Assembly (NCBI RefSeq): GCF_963921235.1
Contig: NC_086097.1
Location: forward strand, 155,870,001-155,934,000
Length of the DNA stretch: 64,000 bases
DNA from: Mobula hypostoma
Lineage: Eukaryota
Reading direction: 5' to 3'
Of this stretch, positions 37,731 to 51,390 are shown piece after piece. Made by a program: the position numbers and the translations under genes. The notes under the pieces were generated by a model. That model had not been told where the DNA came from and ran no database searches. It saw nothing but the letters and a program-made list of their open reading frames with translations. Numbering within the stretch: the stretch's first letter is position 1; every line of letters starts with the position of its first letter.

Positions 37731-39392
37731 GTGATGCTTCTTAAATGATACTATTGAATCTGCCTCAACCACTTCCTCTGGCAATTGCTTCCAGATAATC
37801 ATCTACATCTGTGTGAAAAATTGCCCTCATGTCCCTTCTAAATCTTTCTGCTCTTATCCTAAACCTATGCCCTGGACTCCTCTACCCAGGGATAAGATTG
37901 TGCCACACTTTTTTTTTCTAGTGCATCACAATAAGTACTTGTGAACTGAAATTTCCAAGGTTAAAAGGGTATTTTAAGATTTGAATCTTACTATGAACAA
38001 TTTAACAATGCTACTTCTATATTCCAGCAGAATCAGGTCTCACTGAAAACAGCACTGAGGCAAAATATTTGTGCACTTACGGACTGAAAGGAGTCCATAG
38101 TGACTTTCAGTCTGTAGAACATAACAGGCAGGCATTATTTATTACTTATTATTTTTGGCTTTTGGAATTATCAATTTGTTAAATCATTTAGAAAACAAGG
38201 TCATTGCCCTTTTCTGTGAAATAGTATGCACATAATATTTTCTATTTAATTCAACATATTGAAAAACTTTTTTTGAGGAGGTGGCAGTACATGTATCTCA
38301 CCAAAACAGTTACTAAATGGTCCTCAGATCTTCCTCTTGGAACCTTCAAATCAATTGCTTTCATATGTAGTGTTTTAATGTGTTTTTCTCTCTACAAGAC
38401 AAGTGATGAATTGTTGGACCTGAAGAGTTTAATTTATATCTGTTTCTTGGCATAAGCATTATAATTCCTTCTTTATGACATAAACTTACATTTAGAGTTA
38501 TTTTCAATTGTCAGCTTTAATAGCCTCAGTCAGCTTTTTATCAAATTACTCGCCCACAGTTTCCTGGTTAGAACTTTGACAAGTGTTATGTATTCTGAAG
38601 GTATTTGGAAAGGATCTCCTTCCATATATATTTTTAAATTTGATTTTGATGAAAGGCTATTGATTTAAAATTGTAACTTTTAACCATCTGACCCAATGAG
38701 AATTTTTTGGGGGTTATTATTATTTTCAGCTCTCTTGTCTTTTACCATCATTTTAGCAAATCTTCTGTGTGGAAATAAAAGGATAAGTAAATGCACACCA
38801 AGTTGTCCATGACACAGTGTAATATAAATTTAATGGGATGCAGAATATATAGAATCCAGATCAATCCATCTCTTTCAAACAGAAATTGGGAAGAAACTCT
38901 TTATTTAAATAGAGGTGTTCACATGAAATAGTGTGATGGACAGGTAGTTTTGGAAAGAATACAGGGTTATTCAAATGTTGTAAACTTCCTCAATTATAGA
39001 GTAATAATAATGGAGGTGTCTTATAATTTCTATAATGACCATTCAAATAGCCAGTGACAACTAAATATGGGAGTTCCCATAAGAATGAGAGAAGATTTCT
39101 AATAATTAATTGCTAAGATTGGAATGCATTTGTCATAAGGACAGCTTAAAACTGCACTGTTCTAAATATTTCTTATAATGTGTGCATTACTATTCTTCAC
39201 TATTCTCTCAACTTCACCCATGACTAAATTCCTTACTTATAAATAAAGGTTTTTCTTTGGTCATTTCTGGGCACTAAAAAAATCCCGGGGGTACTGGAAC
39301 TTTAAATTTCAGTATTAACTGGAAGCCCTATGTGGTATAAGGAAGTGCTATTAATATGTGAATTGTTCTTTAGTTAGAAGATTGAAAATCAT

Positions 39393-40753
39393 TCCCAGTG
39401 GCCTCAATGACTACAGACCGGTGGCATTGACCTCCCACATCATGAAGACCCTGGAAAGACTTGTTCTGGAGCTGCTCCGGCCTATCGTTAGGCCACACTT
39501 AGATCCCCTCCAGTTCGCCCACCAGCCCCGACTAGGAGTTGAGGATGCCATCGTCTACCTGCTGAACCGTGTCTACGTCCGCCTGGACAAGCCAGCGAAC
39601 ACTGTGAGGGTCATGTTTTTTGACTTCCCCAGTGCGTTCAACACCATCCGCCCTGCTCTGCTGGGGGAGAAGCTGACAGCAATGCAGGTGGATGCTTCCC
39701 TGGTATCATGGGTTCTTGATTACCTGACTGGCAGACCACAGTACGTGTGCTTGCAACTCTGTGTGTCCGACAGAGTAATCAGCAGCACTGGGGCTCCACA
39801 GGGGACTGTCTTGTCTCCCTTCCTCTTCACCATTTACACCTCGGACTTCAACTACTGCACAGAGTCTTGCCATCTTCAGAAGTTTTCTGATGACTCTGCC
39901 ATAGTTGGATGCATCAGCAAGGGAGATGAGGCTGAGTACAGGGCTACGGTAGGAAACTTTGTCACATGGTGTGAGCAGAATTATCTGCAGCTTAATGTGA
40001 AAAAGACTAAGGAGCTGGTGGTAGACCTGAGGAGGGCTAAGGCACCGGTGACCCCTGTTTCCATCCAGGGGGTCAGTGTGGACATGGTGAAGTATTACAA
40101 GTACCTGGGGATACGAATTGACAATAAACTGGACTGGCCAAAGAACACTAAGAGTATCTGCAAGAAGGGTCAGAGCCGTCTCTATTTCCTGAGAAGACTT
40201 GAGGTCCTTTAACATCTGCCGGACGATGCTGAGGATGTTCTACGAGTCTGTGGTGGCCAGTGCTATCATGTTTGCTGTTGTGTGCTGGGGCAGCAGGCTG
40301 AGGGCAGCAGACACCAACAGAATCAACAAACTCATTCGTAAGGCCAGTGATGTTGTGGGGATGGAAATGGACTCTCTGATGGTGGTGTCTGAAAAGAGGA
40401 TGCTGTCCAAATTGCATGCCATCTTTGACAATGTTTCCCATCCACTACATAATGTACTGGTTGGGCACAGGAGTGCATTCAGCCAGAGACTCATTCCACC
40501 GAGATGCAACACTGAGCGTCATAGGAAGTCATTCCCGCCTGTGGCCATCAAACTTTACAACTCCTCCCTTGGAGGGTCAGACACCCTGAGCCAATAGGCT
40601 GGTCCTGGACTTATTTCCTGGCATAACTTACATATTACTATTTAATTATTTATAGTTTTATATTGCTTTATTTATACTCTATTCTTGGTTGGTGCAACTG
40701 TAACGAAAACCAATTTCCCTCGAGATCAATAAAGTATGACTATGACTATGACT
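39393..40753 (+). mobile_element. Young Rex1/Babar LINE, 5'-truncated, RT intact but for one frameshift
   Basis: ORFs 39358-40212 and 40199-40597 (NDYRPVALTSHIMK, GAPQGTVLSP, KFSDDS, YKYLG); aataaa and (atgact)n tail. Confidence 0.95.
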
Positions 40754-41337
40754 AAATGTTTTGACTCTTTCTCCACTTGGTGCAGATTTTTGCTTGCAAT
40801 GTGTGTTCCTCTAGCATGTATTCTGATTGATCAGTTTCTGAGCTTGTATAACTTTTTCATCCACTTATTCCTAAGATTAATGTGAAACTCTACTATGCCT
40901 AACAGTAACCTTTCATTATCTGTTATCATTTTTTGCAGAAAACATAAAAGCAGAGAGTATAGTTAATTGTGAAAAGCATTGCAGTAGACTTCAGAATATT
41001 GACAGATTGGCAGATTATGCAGATTAAAGTCTGTCCAAAGTAATACAAAGTGGTATTTGCCTGCAGATAAGCCATGATCTGAAGAACCACACTTTGATTC
41101 TACTGCTGCTGTCAAAACAGCATCTAACCACAGAAATAAATCATTGCAAAGAATTTAACATTCAGGCAGCATGAACGAGAAACAGAAGTAACATCAGGTT
41201 GTGGAATGCATCTAACAATCTTTCTTAGCTCCTTACTTACAAATATTCTATATTTTCAGCATGATTGTGAAATAGCATTGTGGCACACAAGTGGGACAAA
41301 CATAAATCTCACATTCGAAAGAAAAATGCACTTTCTA

Positions 41338-41635
41338 ATAAACTCGAGATTCTGCAGATGCTGGAAATCTTCAGCAACACACAAAGTGCTGGAGGAACTT
41401 AGCAAGTCAGGCAGCATTAATGTTGAGGATTAAGGAGCTAATGTTTCAGAGCAAGATCTTTAAACAGGACTAAAAAGGAAGGGGGGAGAAGGCAGAATAA
41501 AAAAGATGGAGGGGGAAAGGGGAAGAAATACAAGCTGGCTGGTGGTGGGTGAAACCAGGTGAGGGGGAAGGTGGGTGGGTATGGGAGATGGTGTGAAATC
41601 GGGAGCTGGAAGGTGAAAGGTGGAATATGTAAAGG
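41338..41635 (-). mobile_element. Penelope pseudo-LTR fragment, followed by a V-SINE 3' piece (41636-41740)
   Basis: gattctgcagatgctggaaatc...gctggaggaacttagcaagtcaggcagcat is the reverse complement of the pseudo-LTR end. Confidence 0.75.
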
Positions 41636-41849
41636 GCAGTATAAATTGTCTCATAACTAGGCTAGGGTTAAATTGGGTGATTGCTGGGCGTTGTGGCTCG
41701 AAGGGCCGGAAGGACCAATCTAGAACTTTATGTCCATACATTGTTAGAGTATTCTCACTAAGCTTAGGTGAGAACAGGCTTGGGTATGCACAGGTGGTGG
41801 TTCTACCTAAGTAATTAAGAACATTTAAGAAAGTTTATTTTTCTGTTAG

Positions 41850-44800
41850 CACATGGCTAGTCTATTGAGAATTGATCCAAAGGTATAGGAATGTTCCTTG
41901 TGTAAAATCTGGGAAATTTGGGAGACTACCAGACTCCCTGACAGCAACATCTGCATGAAATACACTGAGCTGCAGCTCCTTAGAGACCGCATTAAGGAAC
42001 TGAAGCTGCAGCTCAGTGACCTTCAGCTCATACAGGAAACTGAGGAGGTGACAGATAGGAGCTACAGGGAGGTAGTCACACCTAAGGTGTAGGAGGCAGG
42101 TCCCTGGGTAACTGTCAGGAAAGGAAAAGAGAATAAACAGACAGTGCAGAGTACCCCTGTGGGTGTATCCATCAATAATGAGTATACTGCTTTGGATCCT
42201 GTGGGGGAGGTGGGGGAGAACTACCTATGTGAGGGAAGCCACAGTGACCTGGTCTCTGGAACTGAGTCTGGCTCTATGGCTCAGCAGGGAAAGGTGGAGA
42301 AGAGAAATGTAGTTGTGATAGGGATTCCGTAATTAGAGGAGCAGAAAGCAGATTCTATGGATGTGAAAGAAACATCAGGATGGTATGTGGCCTCTCAGGT
42401 GCCAGAGTCAAGGATGTTTCAGATCGGGTCCACAGCATTCTAAAGTGGGAGGGGGAACAGCTTGAAGTCATGGTACATTTTGGGACCAATGACATTGGTA
42501 AGAAAAGGAGGGGTCCTGAAGAGAGAATATAGGTAGTTAGTCAGAAAGACTGAAAGCAGGACCTCCAGGGTAGTAATCTCTGGATGTTAATTTTGCCACA
42601 AGCCAGTAAGGGTAAGAATAGAATGATTTAGCAGGTGAAAGTGTGGCTGAGGAACTGGTGCAGGAGGCAGGGGTTTAGATTTCTGGATCATTGGAATCTC
42701 TTCAGCGGAAGGTATGACCTGCACAAAAAAGATAGGTTATATCTGAACCCTAGGGGGACCAATGTCCTTGCAAGTGGGTTTTCTAGAACTGTTGGGGAGG
42801 GATGAAACTAAATTGGCAGGAGGGTGGGAACTGGCACTGACATTCAAAAGGGCAGTTGGTATACAAATTGATGCAGTATATAATGAGACTGTGAGGAAGG
42901 GCAGGCAAATGTTGGGGTAAAATCAGTGAGATGGGTTAAAGTGTAACTGGGGGTCAAAATCAAAAATGGCAATGAATGCAAGACTGAAGGTTTTATATTT
43001 GGATGCATGCAGTAAATGGAATAAAATAGAAGATTTGTAGCTAAGTTAAAGATTGGCAGCTGTGATGTTTTGGGCATTACTGAGTTGTGGCTGAAAGAAG
43101 ATCATGGTTGGGAGGTTAACATCCAAGGATACATACTGTATCGAATATGTAATATAGAGGGGGAAATAATGAAATTAAATCCTTAGAAAGAGGTGGCATA
43201 GGATCAGAAGGGGTAGAATCCTCATGGGTAGAGTTAAGAAACTGCAAGGGTAAAAAGACCCTGATGGGAGTTCTATGCAAGCTTCCGAACAGTAGCCAGG
43301 ATGCGGGCTACAAATTACAATAGGAGATAGAAAAATCGTGTAAAAGAAGGTAATGCTGCAGTAGTCATGGGGGATTTCAATGTGCAGGCAGTTTGGGAAA
43401 ATTCAGTTGGTGCAGGATTAATACATCGCAAAAAAAAGGAAGTATTCTAAAGGGGGGGATGAGGCAACTGAGGCTGATAAGGGAAGTCAAAGACAGCATA
43501 AAAGCAAAAGAGAAGGTGTAAAATACAGCAATAATTAGTGGGAAGGTAGAGGATTGGAAAGCTTTTAAAAGCCAACAGAAGGCAACTAAAAATCCAAAAA
43601 GAAAGAAAAGATGAAATATGAAGGTAAGCTAACCAATAATATAAAAGAGAATACAAAAATAAATTTCAGATATATAAGGAGCAAAAGAGAGACGAGAGAG
43701 GATATCGGACAGCTGGACAATGACAATGGAGAGGTAGTAATGGGTGACAAAGAAATAGTGGAGGAATTTAATAAGTATTTTGCCTTTGTCTTCACTGTGG
43801 AGGACACTAGCAGTATGCCAGAAGTCAGAGACTGTCAGGGGGACAAAGTGAGTGTTGTTGCTGTTACTAACAAAAAAATGCTTGTGAAGCTGAAAAGTCT
43901 GAAGTTAGATAAGTCAGCTGGACCAGATAGAATGCACCCTTGGTTCTGAAATAGGTAGCTGAAGAGATCATGGAAAATTGTAAATGTTTCTCCAGTCCTG
44001 AAGAAGGAAGGTTTCTTGCAAACACATTGGAATCTAATATTGAGGATGAGGTTTTGGGATACTTGGAGGCACATGATAAAATAAGCCAGAGTCAGTATGG
44101 CTTCCTTTAGGAGAAATCTTGCCTGACAAATCTGTTGAATTTCTTTGAGCAATTAACAAGTAAATAGACGAAGGAGAGTCAGTGGATATTGTTTACTTGA
44201 ATTTTCAGAAGGCCTTCAGCAAGGTGCTGCACATCAAACTGCTTAACAAAATAAGAGCCCATGGTATTGTGGGAAATATAATAAAATGAACGGAAGATTG
44301 GCTGAATGGAAGGAAACAAAAAGTGGAAATAAAGGGGACCTTCTCTGGTTGGCTGCCTGTGACTAGTAGTGTTCCACAGTGGTTGGTGTTGGGCCTATTT
44401 ATTTTCACATTGAATGTCATTGATCTGGATGAAGGAATTGATGGCTTTGTGGCCAAGTTTGCAGATGATATGGAGATAGGTGGAAGGGCAGGTAGTGTTG
44501 AGGAAACAGGGTATCTGCAGAAAGATTTAGATAGATTGGGGAAATGAGCAAAGAAGTGGCAGATGGAATATAATGTAGGGAGGTACTTAGTCATGCCCTT
44601 TGGTGGAAGGAATATTGGCATGGACTATTGTGTAAATGGGGAGAAAATGCAAAAAACAGTGTTACAGAGAGATTTGGGAGTCCTTGTGCAGGATTCCTTA
44701 AAGGTTAACTTGCATGTTGAGTCGGTGGTGAGGAAGGCAAATGCAATGTTAGCATTCATTTCGAGAGGACTTGAATTCAAAAGCAAGGATGTAATGCTGA

Positions 44801-45070
44801 GGGTTTATAAGGCATTGGTGAGGAAGGATGTGCAGGTATTGTAAAGAGTCTGGAAGAGGCTCATGAGAATAATTCCAGGAATGAAAAGATTAACATATTC
44901 TGATGGCTCCGGTCTGGCACTCACTGGAAGAGTAAGGGGGGGGGCGTGGGGGGGAGGATCTCATTGAAACTTATTGAATATTGAAAGGGCTGGATAGAGT
45001 GGACATGGAGAGACTGTTTCCTCTAGTGGACTAGTCTAGGACCAGAGGGCACAGCCTCAGAATTGAAGAA
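41850..45070 (+). mobile_element. CR1 LINE, ORF1 through ORF2 with internal deletions
   Basis: ORF1 C..CKIWE...ICMK...LQLLRDRIKELKLQLSDL (Cys motif plus zipper), VVIGDS, HFGTND esterase; ORF2 ITELWL, MGDFN, VPQ..VLG, KFADD. Confidence 0.9.
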
Positions 45071-45074
45071 CCTC

Positions 45075-48000
45075 AAATGTGGTGGTTGTAAGAGTTGACT
45101 CTGGGTCTGCAAGAAGTGCTTCTGAAAGCTCTGGACACCTTTTTTTCTAATAATCAACTCTGCTCTCCTCACCTGATTGATACATCATCTCCAGATGACA
45201 TCAGATACAATCTCCACTGTGTAGGAGAATGGTCCAATTCTGGCCTTAATCATTCCAAGTACCGACTTTTGATCACCTCTGTAGTTCCATGCCAGAACAG
45301 CTTGTCCAGGAGTGAAACATCGAACCTCTTTGTTTGAGGAGCCCTCAATTTGTCTCAGCTGTTTGTCCTGTATACTTCTTCTGAGATTGGATTGAGTAGA
45401 ATGAAAGGGATGACCCAGGAACAGCATAGCTGGTGAGCTTTCGGTTGTAGAATGTGTTACAAACCTATCATGTCCAACCTGCTGCACATCCCACCTATTT
45501 TTGGGTGGTCATGTAGACCTGAGCCAGTGTGTTTTTTTTGGTTTCCCTTTGGATCATCTCTGCCATAATTTTGCCCGACAATGGCCCCCTAGGCCTAAGT
45601 CAACGCAGTAGTGCCATAATAGGTAGACATTCAATTTGCAAGAAGGAGAATATGTCAAGAGGAATGTTATTTTTTTCAGGTATTTCATTTCCCTAGGGTA
45701 AATGGGGCAATCCATCAGCATTTCTATGATTTGTCATCCTCTTGAAAGTAATCTTGTAATTGTGTCCTCCAAGAAACAGAGCCCATCTGTGCATTCATGC
45801 TGCTGCTGTTAGTGGAACACCCTACTGTGGATTGACAATGGACACTGGTGGTTGATAATCAGTAATGAGGGTAAACACATGCCTAACCAGATTCAAGGCA
45901 TCTCTGTCAATCTGTGTGTAATTATTCTTTGCAGGGGTTACGGAACATGATGCAAAGGCTATGGGGCGTTCACTTCCATCACTCATAACATGTTCGTGAC
46001 TGCACATATACCATAATGCGAGACATCACAGGCAGGCTTCACTGGATGACATAGATCATAATGTGTGAGTACAGTGTCTGATGTCACCATTTCCTTTTCT
46101 TTTGGAAAGCCACTTCACATTGCTATTTGGTGTGGAGCACAGTAGCCAGGGTTGGCAGAAACCTGTTATAGTAATTGATAAATCCTAAAAAGGACTGCAA
46201 CTGTGGCACATCCTTTGGCCTTGGGGCATCCACCACTGCTTGTATTTTCTCTGCACATGTGCAATCTCTGTGCATCAATGTGCATCATTTTGACTATAGT
46301 AAGCGATGCGTGGTTTAAAGAATTCACATTTGTTGCGTTGTGCTTTGAGCCTATAATCTTCTCATCTTTTTAACACCGTCTTGAGATTTTGGAGATGCTC
46401 CTTGTCATCCTTACAAGTAACAATGATGTCATCCAGGTTGGGCACGTGGCCAAGTGGTAAAGGCATTCATCTAGTGATCTGAAGGTCACTAGTTCGAGCC
46501 TCAGCTGTGGCAGCGTGTTTGTGTCCTTGAGCAAGGCACTTAACCACACATTGCTCTGGTGTCTGTGCGAGGAGTGGCGTCCCACACAGACTTCCAATCT
46601 GCACCTTGTAAGGCATGAAAATTCCCGACGCTGTCCTCTCATGGTCTGAGTCGACATTCCCTCCCCCATCCAGGTATGCATCCTTGCAGCAACTGGTCCA
46701 TAGCTTTTTGCCAAAATGCAGGTGTAAAATATTGAAAGAATATCTGAACAGCCCAAAATGACAATGGACTCTTTCTAGCTCTCAACATTTCCAGTGGACA
46801 AGGTGAAAACTGTGGGTCTGAAATGTCTGCCACTGGAGTCAATCACTATTAAGACGACAGTATCTGTTAAAGACTAAATGTCTATTAGTCATTTTGAGGG
46901 CTTGGTTGATGGATTCTTTCTTATCGTCTGTCAAGTTGGCATGATGGATTCTTCTTTGATTCAGGGATTACTGCTTATACATAATATATAATTCTTTTGT
47001 AACTAAAGGAATGCTGTGTCCAAAACAATGGTGGATTAGTGAATGAGGAGAGACCATTAAAGTGTTTAACTGATCTAAAGTGGTAAACTGATCACAGTGT
47101 TAATGAATATGTGTTGTTGAATGAAGGAAACTAGACTTAGTTCATGTTAGAACAAAAAGTTTGTCTCATGGTTGCTCTCTACACTTGCGGAACACATATT
47201 TATTGGGGTACCTTTCCTAGGTTTGTTGGGTTTCAAATGAGGACCAGAAATCAGATCAGTGCTTGGGCTGAAGGGTGGTTTCAAGAATGTGTTGAAATTC
47301 AGATTTCCCTCAACAGCACCATTAATCAAGTGGCGACAATGAATTGTAAGCCCTGAAAGATTTGTATCTTGCTACGTAGGATTTTGTGTCGTTTATTTGT
47401 GTTTTCTATTTTATGATAACAAATTAGGCTTAAGGTACTTTGTTGTGCTTATATGCTTATTACCACATCTTCCAAACACTTGAGTTGCCTGGGTCTGATC
47501 AAACCGCTCATTACACCATACGATCTAGCTCACTGGCTACTTTATCACGGATGGTATAAGGAACCAGGCAACCTTTGTAAAAAGTGCGTGTGGCATTTTC
47601 ATTTAATGCTATTTTATCCTTGATGTGTTTGACTCTTTCAGTGCTATCCTTGAACACTGCTGAGCCATCATCCAGCACCTTTCTTACTTTCCTCTGCATT
47701 GACTCTATTGCAGGGGATGTGGCATGCAAATGGTAGATGGACCTTCATTCAAGTTGTAGCTGTCTCAGCCGATCACAACCCACAATGCTGGTCCTCTTGT
47801 TTTTAACAACATACAAGCCCATTGTGGCTTGTTGTTTGTTGTATCTTACTGCTACAAATGTCATTCCCACAGGAGTAATCTTTTCTCTAGTATAAATTTT
47901 GATTGTATTTCTATAGGCTTCAGTTCAGTATCTTTGAAATGCAGTTCAAACTCATCTTGTACCTCAAACGCATTTTGTAGCCCAGCCAGTGTCCAATTCG

Positions 48001-48413
48001 ATTTTAATTAATTTGCTGTTCACTTCTGCTGTAAGCCATATTGCTTTTCTCTTGTTTTTTTTTCCACATAGTAAATCTCAAGACTAACTAGTCCTGTTTA
48101 ATTCTCATCATTATCAGATTCATCATCAACAGCATGCAGATTAGTGTTCTTTTTTAAACAGTAATCTTTTTCTTTTGTTTGCTCGACATGCTCTTTGTAT
48201 ATATCTTACTTTGCTCTATTATCTGCAAGATTCATCTTTAAACCTGCATTGGTCTGGAGTATCTGTGCCCCTGCCAAAACAATAACATAATTTGTTCGGC
48301 CAGGCAAGTTTCTGTTTAGATGTTGCAATTTTGATCATACTTGCTTTTGTATCCGCAATTCAATTACATCTCTCTCTGCTGTTTCTATTGATGCAGTGAT
48401 TGCAACTGCTGTT
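45075..48413 (-). mobile_element. Gypsy (Ty3) LTR retrotransposon internal region, decayed
   Basis: Order gag/PR, RT (LVPYTIRDKVASELDRM; WQKAMDQLLQG; YLDDII), RNase H (ERPIAFAS..NYTQIDRDAL..FTLITDYQP), integrase C-terminus (HSTTESSPAMLFLG; GPFSYTVE). Confidence 0.9.
46439..46666 (+). mobile_element. Full-length tRNA-derived CORE SINE with 9-bp target-site duplication
   Basis: A box tggccaagtgg, B box gttcgagcc, CORE-like gtgtccttgagcaaggcacttaacc; catccaggt at 46430-46438 and 46667-46675. Confidence 0.85.
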
Positions 48414-48414
48414 T

Positions 48415-48570
48415 TAAGATATGTAGAGGGGCAGGTAGTTTTGAGGAAACAGAGAGGCTACAGAAGGACTTAGACAGATTAGGAGAATGGGTAAAGAAGT
48501 GGTAGATGGAATACAATGCCAGGAAGTGTTTGGTCATGCACTTTGTTAGAAGAAATGAAAAGGGTGACAA
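48415..48570 (+). mobile_element. CR1 RT fragment
   Basis: LQKDLDRLGEWVKKW.MEYNARKC. Confidence 0.75.
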
Positions 48571-50910
48571 CAAAAAGCTGTAAATGAATTGTATGATTCA
48601 TAATCTGCTGAAGACTAGATTGGTGGCATTCAAAACTGGTAATCCAGAACTATACAAGAAGTCCCATTTTGACCTACAGAACATGATTTTAAGGACAAAA
48701 TAACAATTTTGATTGAGGTTAGGAATGGAGTTGGATGCATGTCAGCAGCTCTGGCAGGGTTTGCTAGCTATTACTTACCTCAAAGCAAAACTTCCTATCA
48801 TGAATGGCAGTGATATTTCACTCCCAGTTGAGCTCAATGACTTTTACGCACACTTTGAAAAGGAGAATAAAGCTATACCTATACGAATTCCTGCAGCATC
48901 TGTTGACCCCGTGATCGCTGTCTCAGAGGCCTTTCAGAACATCTTTCAAGAGGGTGAGCCGTCACAATTGTCAGGTCCTGATGGTGTACCTGGTAGGGCT
49001 TTGAAAACCTGTGCTAACCAACTGGCGGGTGCGTTCAGGGATATCTTCAATCTCTCACTGCTGCAGTTGGAAGTTCATATCTGCTTCAAAAGGGTGACAA
49101 TTATACCAGTGCCCAAGAAGAGCAGAGTGATCTGCCTCAATGACTAGTACCAGTGGCACTCACATCCACAGTGATGAAGTGCTTTGAGAGTTTAGTCCTG
49201 CTAGATTCAATTTGCCTAACACCACAATAAGTTTACAGTGGATGCAATCTCACTGGCTCTTCACTTGGTCTTGGATTACCTAGACAATGGTAATGCCTAT
49301 GTCAGGTTGCTATTTATTTACTACTGCTCAGCGTTCAACACAATCATACGCTTAGTGGCAAACAACGAGCTCTGAAACCTGGCCCTCCGTAGCTCCCTCT
49401 GTAACTGGATCTTCGACAACATCAATGAGAGACCACAGTCTGTGTGGATCAGAAATAATATCTCCTCCTCACTGATAGCCAACACTGGCACACCTCAAGG
49501 ATGCGTACTTTGTCCACTGCTATATTCTCTCAACACCCACAATTGTGCTGCTAGGCACAGCGCAAATGGCATCTATAAATGTCCTGATGACACAACTATT
49601 GTTGGAAGAATTTCAGATGGTGGTGAGGAGGCACACAGGAGTAAGATAGATCAGCTGGTTGGGTGGTGTCACAACAATAACCTTGCACTCAAAGTCAGTA
49701 AGACTAAGGAATTGATTGTGGACTGCAGGAAGGGGAAGTTGAGGGAACACACACCAGTCCACATTGAGTGAACAGAAGTGGAAAGTGTGAGCACTTTCTA
49801 CTTCCTGGATGTCAACATCTCTGAGGAATTATCCATGGCCCAAAATATTGATGCAATTATAAAGAAGGCATGAGAGTAGCTATATTTCATTAGGAGTTTG
49901 AAGAGAAAGGGTATGTCACCAAAGACACTTACAAATTTCTACAGATGTATGGTGGAAAACTTACTAAATGGTTGCACCAACTGGTATGGAGGGGCCACTG
50001 CACACGACTGGAAAAAGCTGCAGAAATTTGTAAACTCAGCCAGATCCAGTATGGGCACTAGCCTCAGCCACCTCTAGGACATCTTCAAAAGGTAATGCCT
50101 CAAAAAGGCGGCATCCATCATTAGGGACCCCTATCTCCCAGGACATTGCCTCTTTTCTTTGCTACCATCATGGAGGATGTACAGCAGCCTGAAGACACAT
50201 ACTCAATGTGTCAGGAACAGCTTCTTCCCCTCCATCATCAGATTTCTGAATGCACAATGAACTACTTACTTAATTTATTTTTTATGTATTTACAGTACTG
50301 TGCCAAAATCTTAGGCACATATATATATAGAGCTAGGGTGCTTAAGACTTTTGCACAGTGTTGTAATAATTTTATGCATTGCACAGTTTTGCTGCCACAA
50401 AAAGAAAACACATTTTATATCATATCTGAGTGATGATAAACTTGATTCTGATATGAGTATCGATTGTGGATGGAGAGTGCGAGGAGCGAGGTGACAAAGG
50501 GGAAACAAGATGGGAAGGGAGTGGGAAGCATCAGAGAAACATTCTGTAATGATCAAATAACTAATCAAATGACCTTGTCTGCTATCTCAGGGCTGAGTGT
50601 GTCCTCACCTGTGCCAACTCTGTCCCCGCATTCCTTCGCTGTCACTTCTCCCACACCCTCACCATTCACACATCCTTTGCTCCCGCCAGATTTACAAGCG
50701 CACTTTCTACTTCATATTGACGAATTCAGTACTGTGCAAAAGTCTTAGGTTCCCTAGTTACAGTATACATGTTCCTTAGACTTTTTCAGAGTATTGTATT
50801 TCTTATTGTAATTTATAGTTTGTATTATTATGTATTACAATGTACTGCTGCCACAAAACAACAAATTTAATGACATATACCAGTGGTGTTAAACCTGATT
50901 CAGATTCTGA
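48570..50910 (+). mobile_element. Rex1/Babar LINE ORF2 to 3' end, decayed
   Basis: GPDGVPGRALKTCANQLAG, PVPKK..CLND, TGTPQGCVLCPLLY, DDTTIVG; tail gattcagattctga. Confidence 0.9.
50293..50796. mobile_element. Non-autonomous Tc1-like element with self-palindromic ~70-bp termini
   Basis: TA|cagtactgtg.. left end and ..gtattg|TA right end; 50293-50363 and 50727-50796 are each hairpins and inverted copies of each other. Confidence 0.75.
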
Positions 50911-50911
50911 A

Positions 50912-51390
50912 GTTAGAGAAATTGACATCATGTTAGAAGCTACCCAGGAGGAATATGAAGTGTTGCTACTCCATCCTGAGTTAGACCTCATCATGTCAGT
51001 AGAGAAGGCCATAGAATGATATTTCAGATGGGAATGGGAAGTTGAATTCAATTGGGTGCCCACTGGGAGATCCAGCATCTTGCAGCAGACAGAGTGAAGG
51101 TACTTGTCAAGCTGATTTCCCCGAACTGCTTTGTGTACCACTGATACGGAGGAGGCTATATTGGGAACATTCTATATAGTAGATGACCTTGAAAGACTCT
51201 TAGGGGAAGTATCACATTATCTGGAAGGACTGTTTGAGGCCTTGAATGGTGGTGAGGAAGGAGGTGTAGGTCAGCTAGAACACTTGTTCTGCTTGCAGAG
51301 ATAAAGACCAGGAGGGAGATCTGTGGGGATGGAGAAGTGGACAAGGGTGTCACATTGGAAGCTATAGCAATGGAAAGGGGCTGAGGGCGA
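50912..51390 (-). mobile_element. Penelope-like GIY-YIG fragment
   Basis: gaagttagagaaattgacatcatg...gagttagacctcatcatgtcagtagagaaggcc is the reverse complement of the PLE ORF end. Confidence 0.75.

Noticed and set aside
38081..38111. Minus-strand 31-nt exon-like segment (ctacag acceptor, gtaagt donor)
   Set aside because: Isolated, no partner exons found; expected by chance in 64 kb
46439..46510. tRNA-like sequence
   Set aside because: It is the head of a SINE with a CORE body and a target-site duplication, not a tRNA gene
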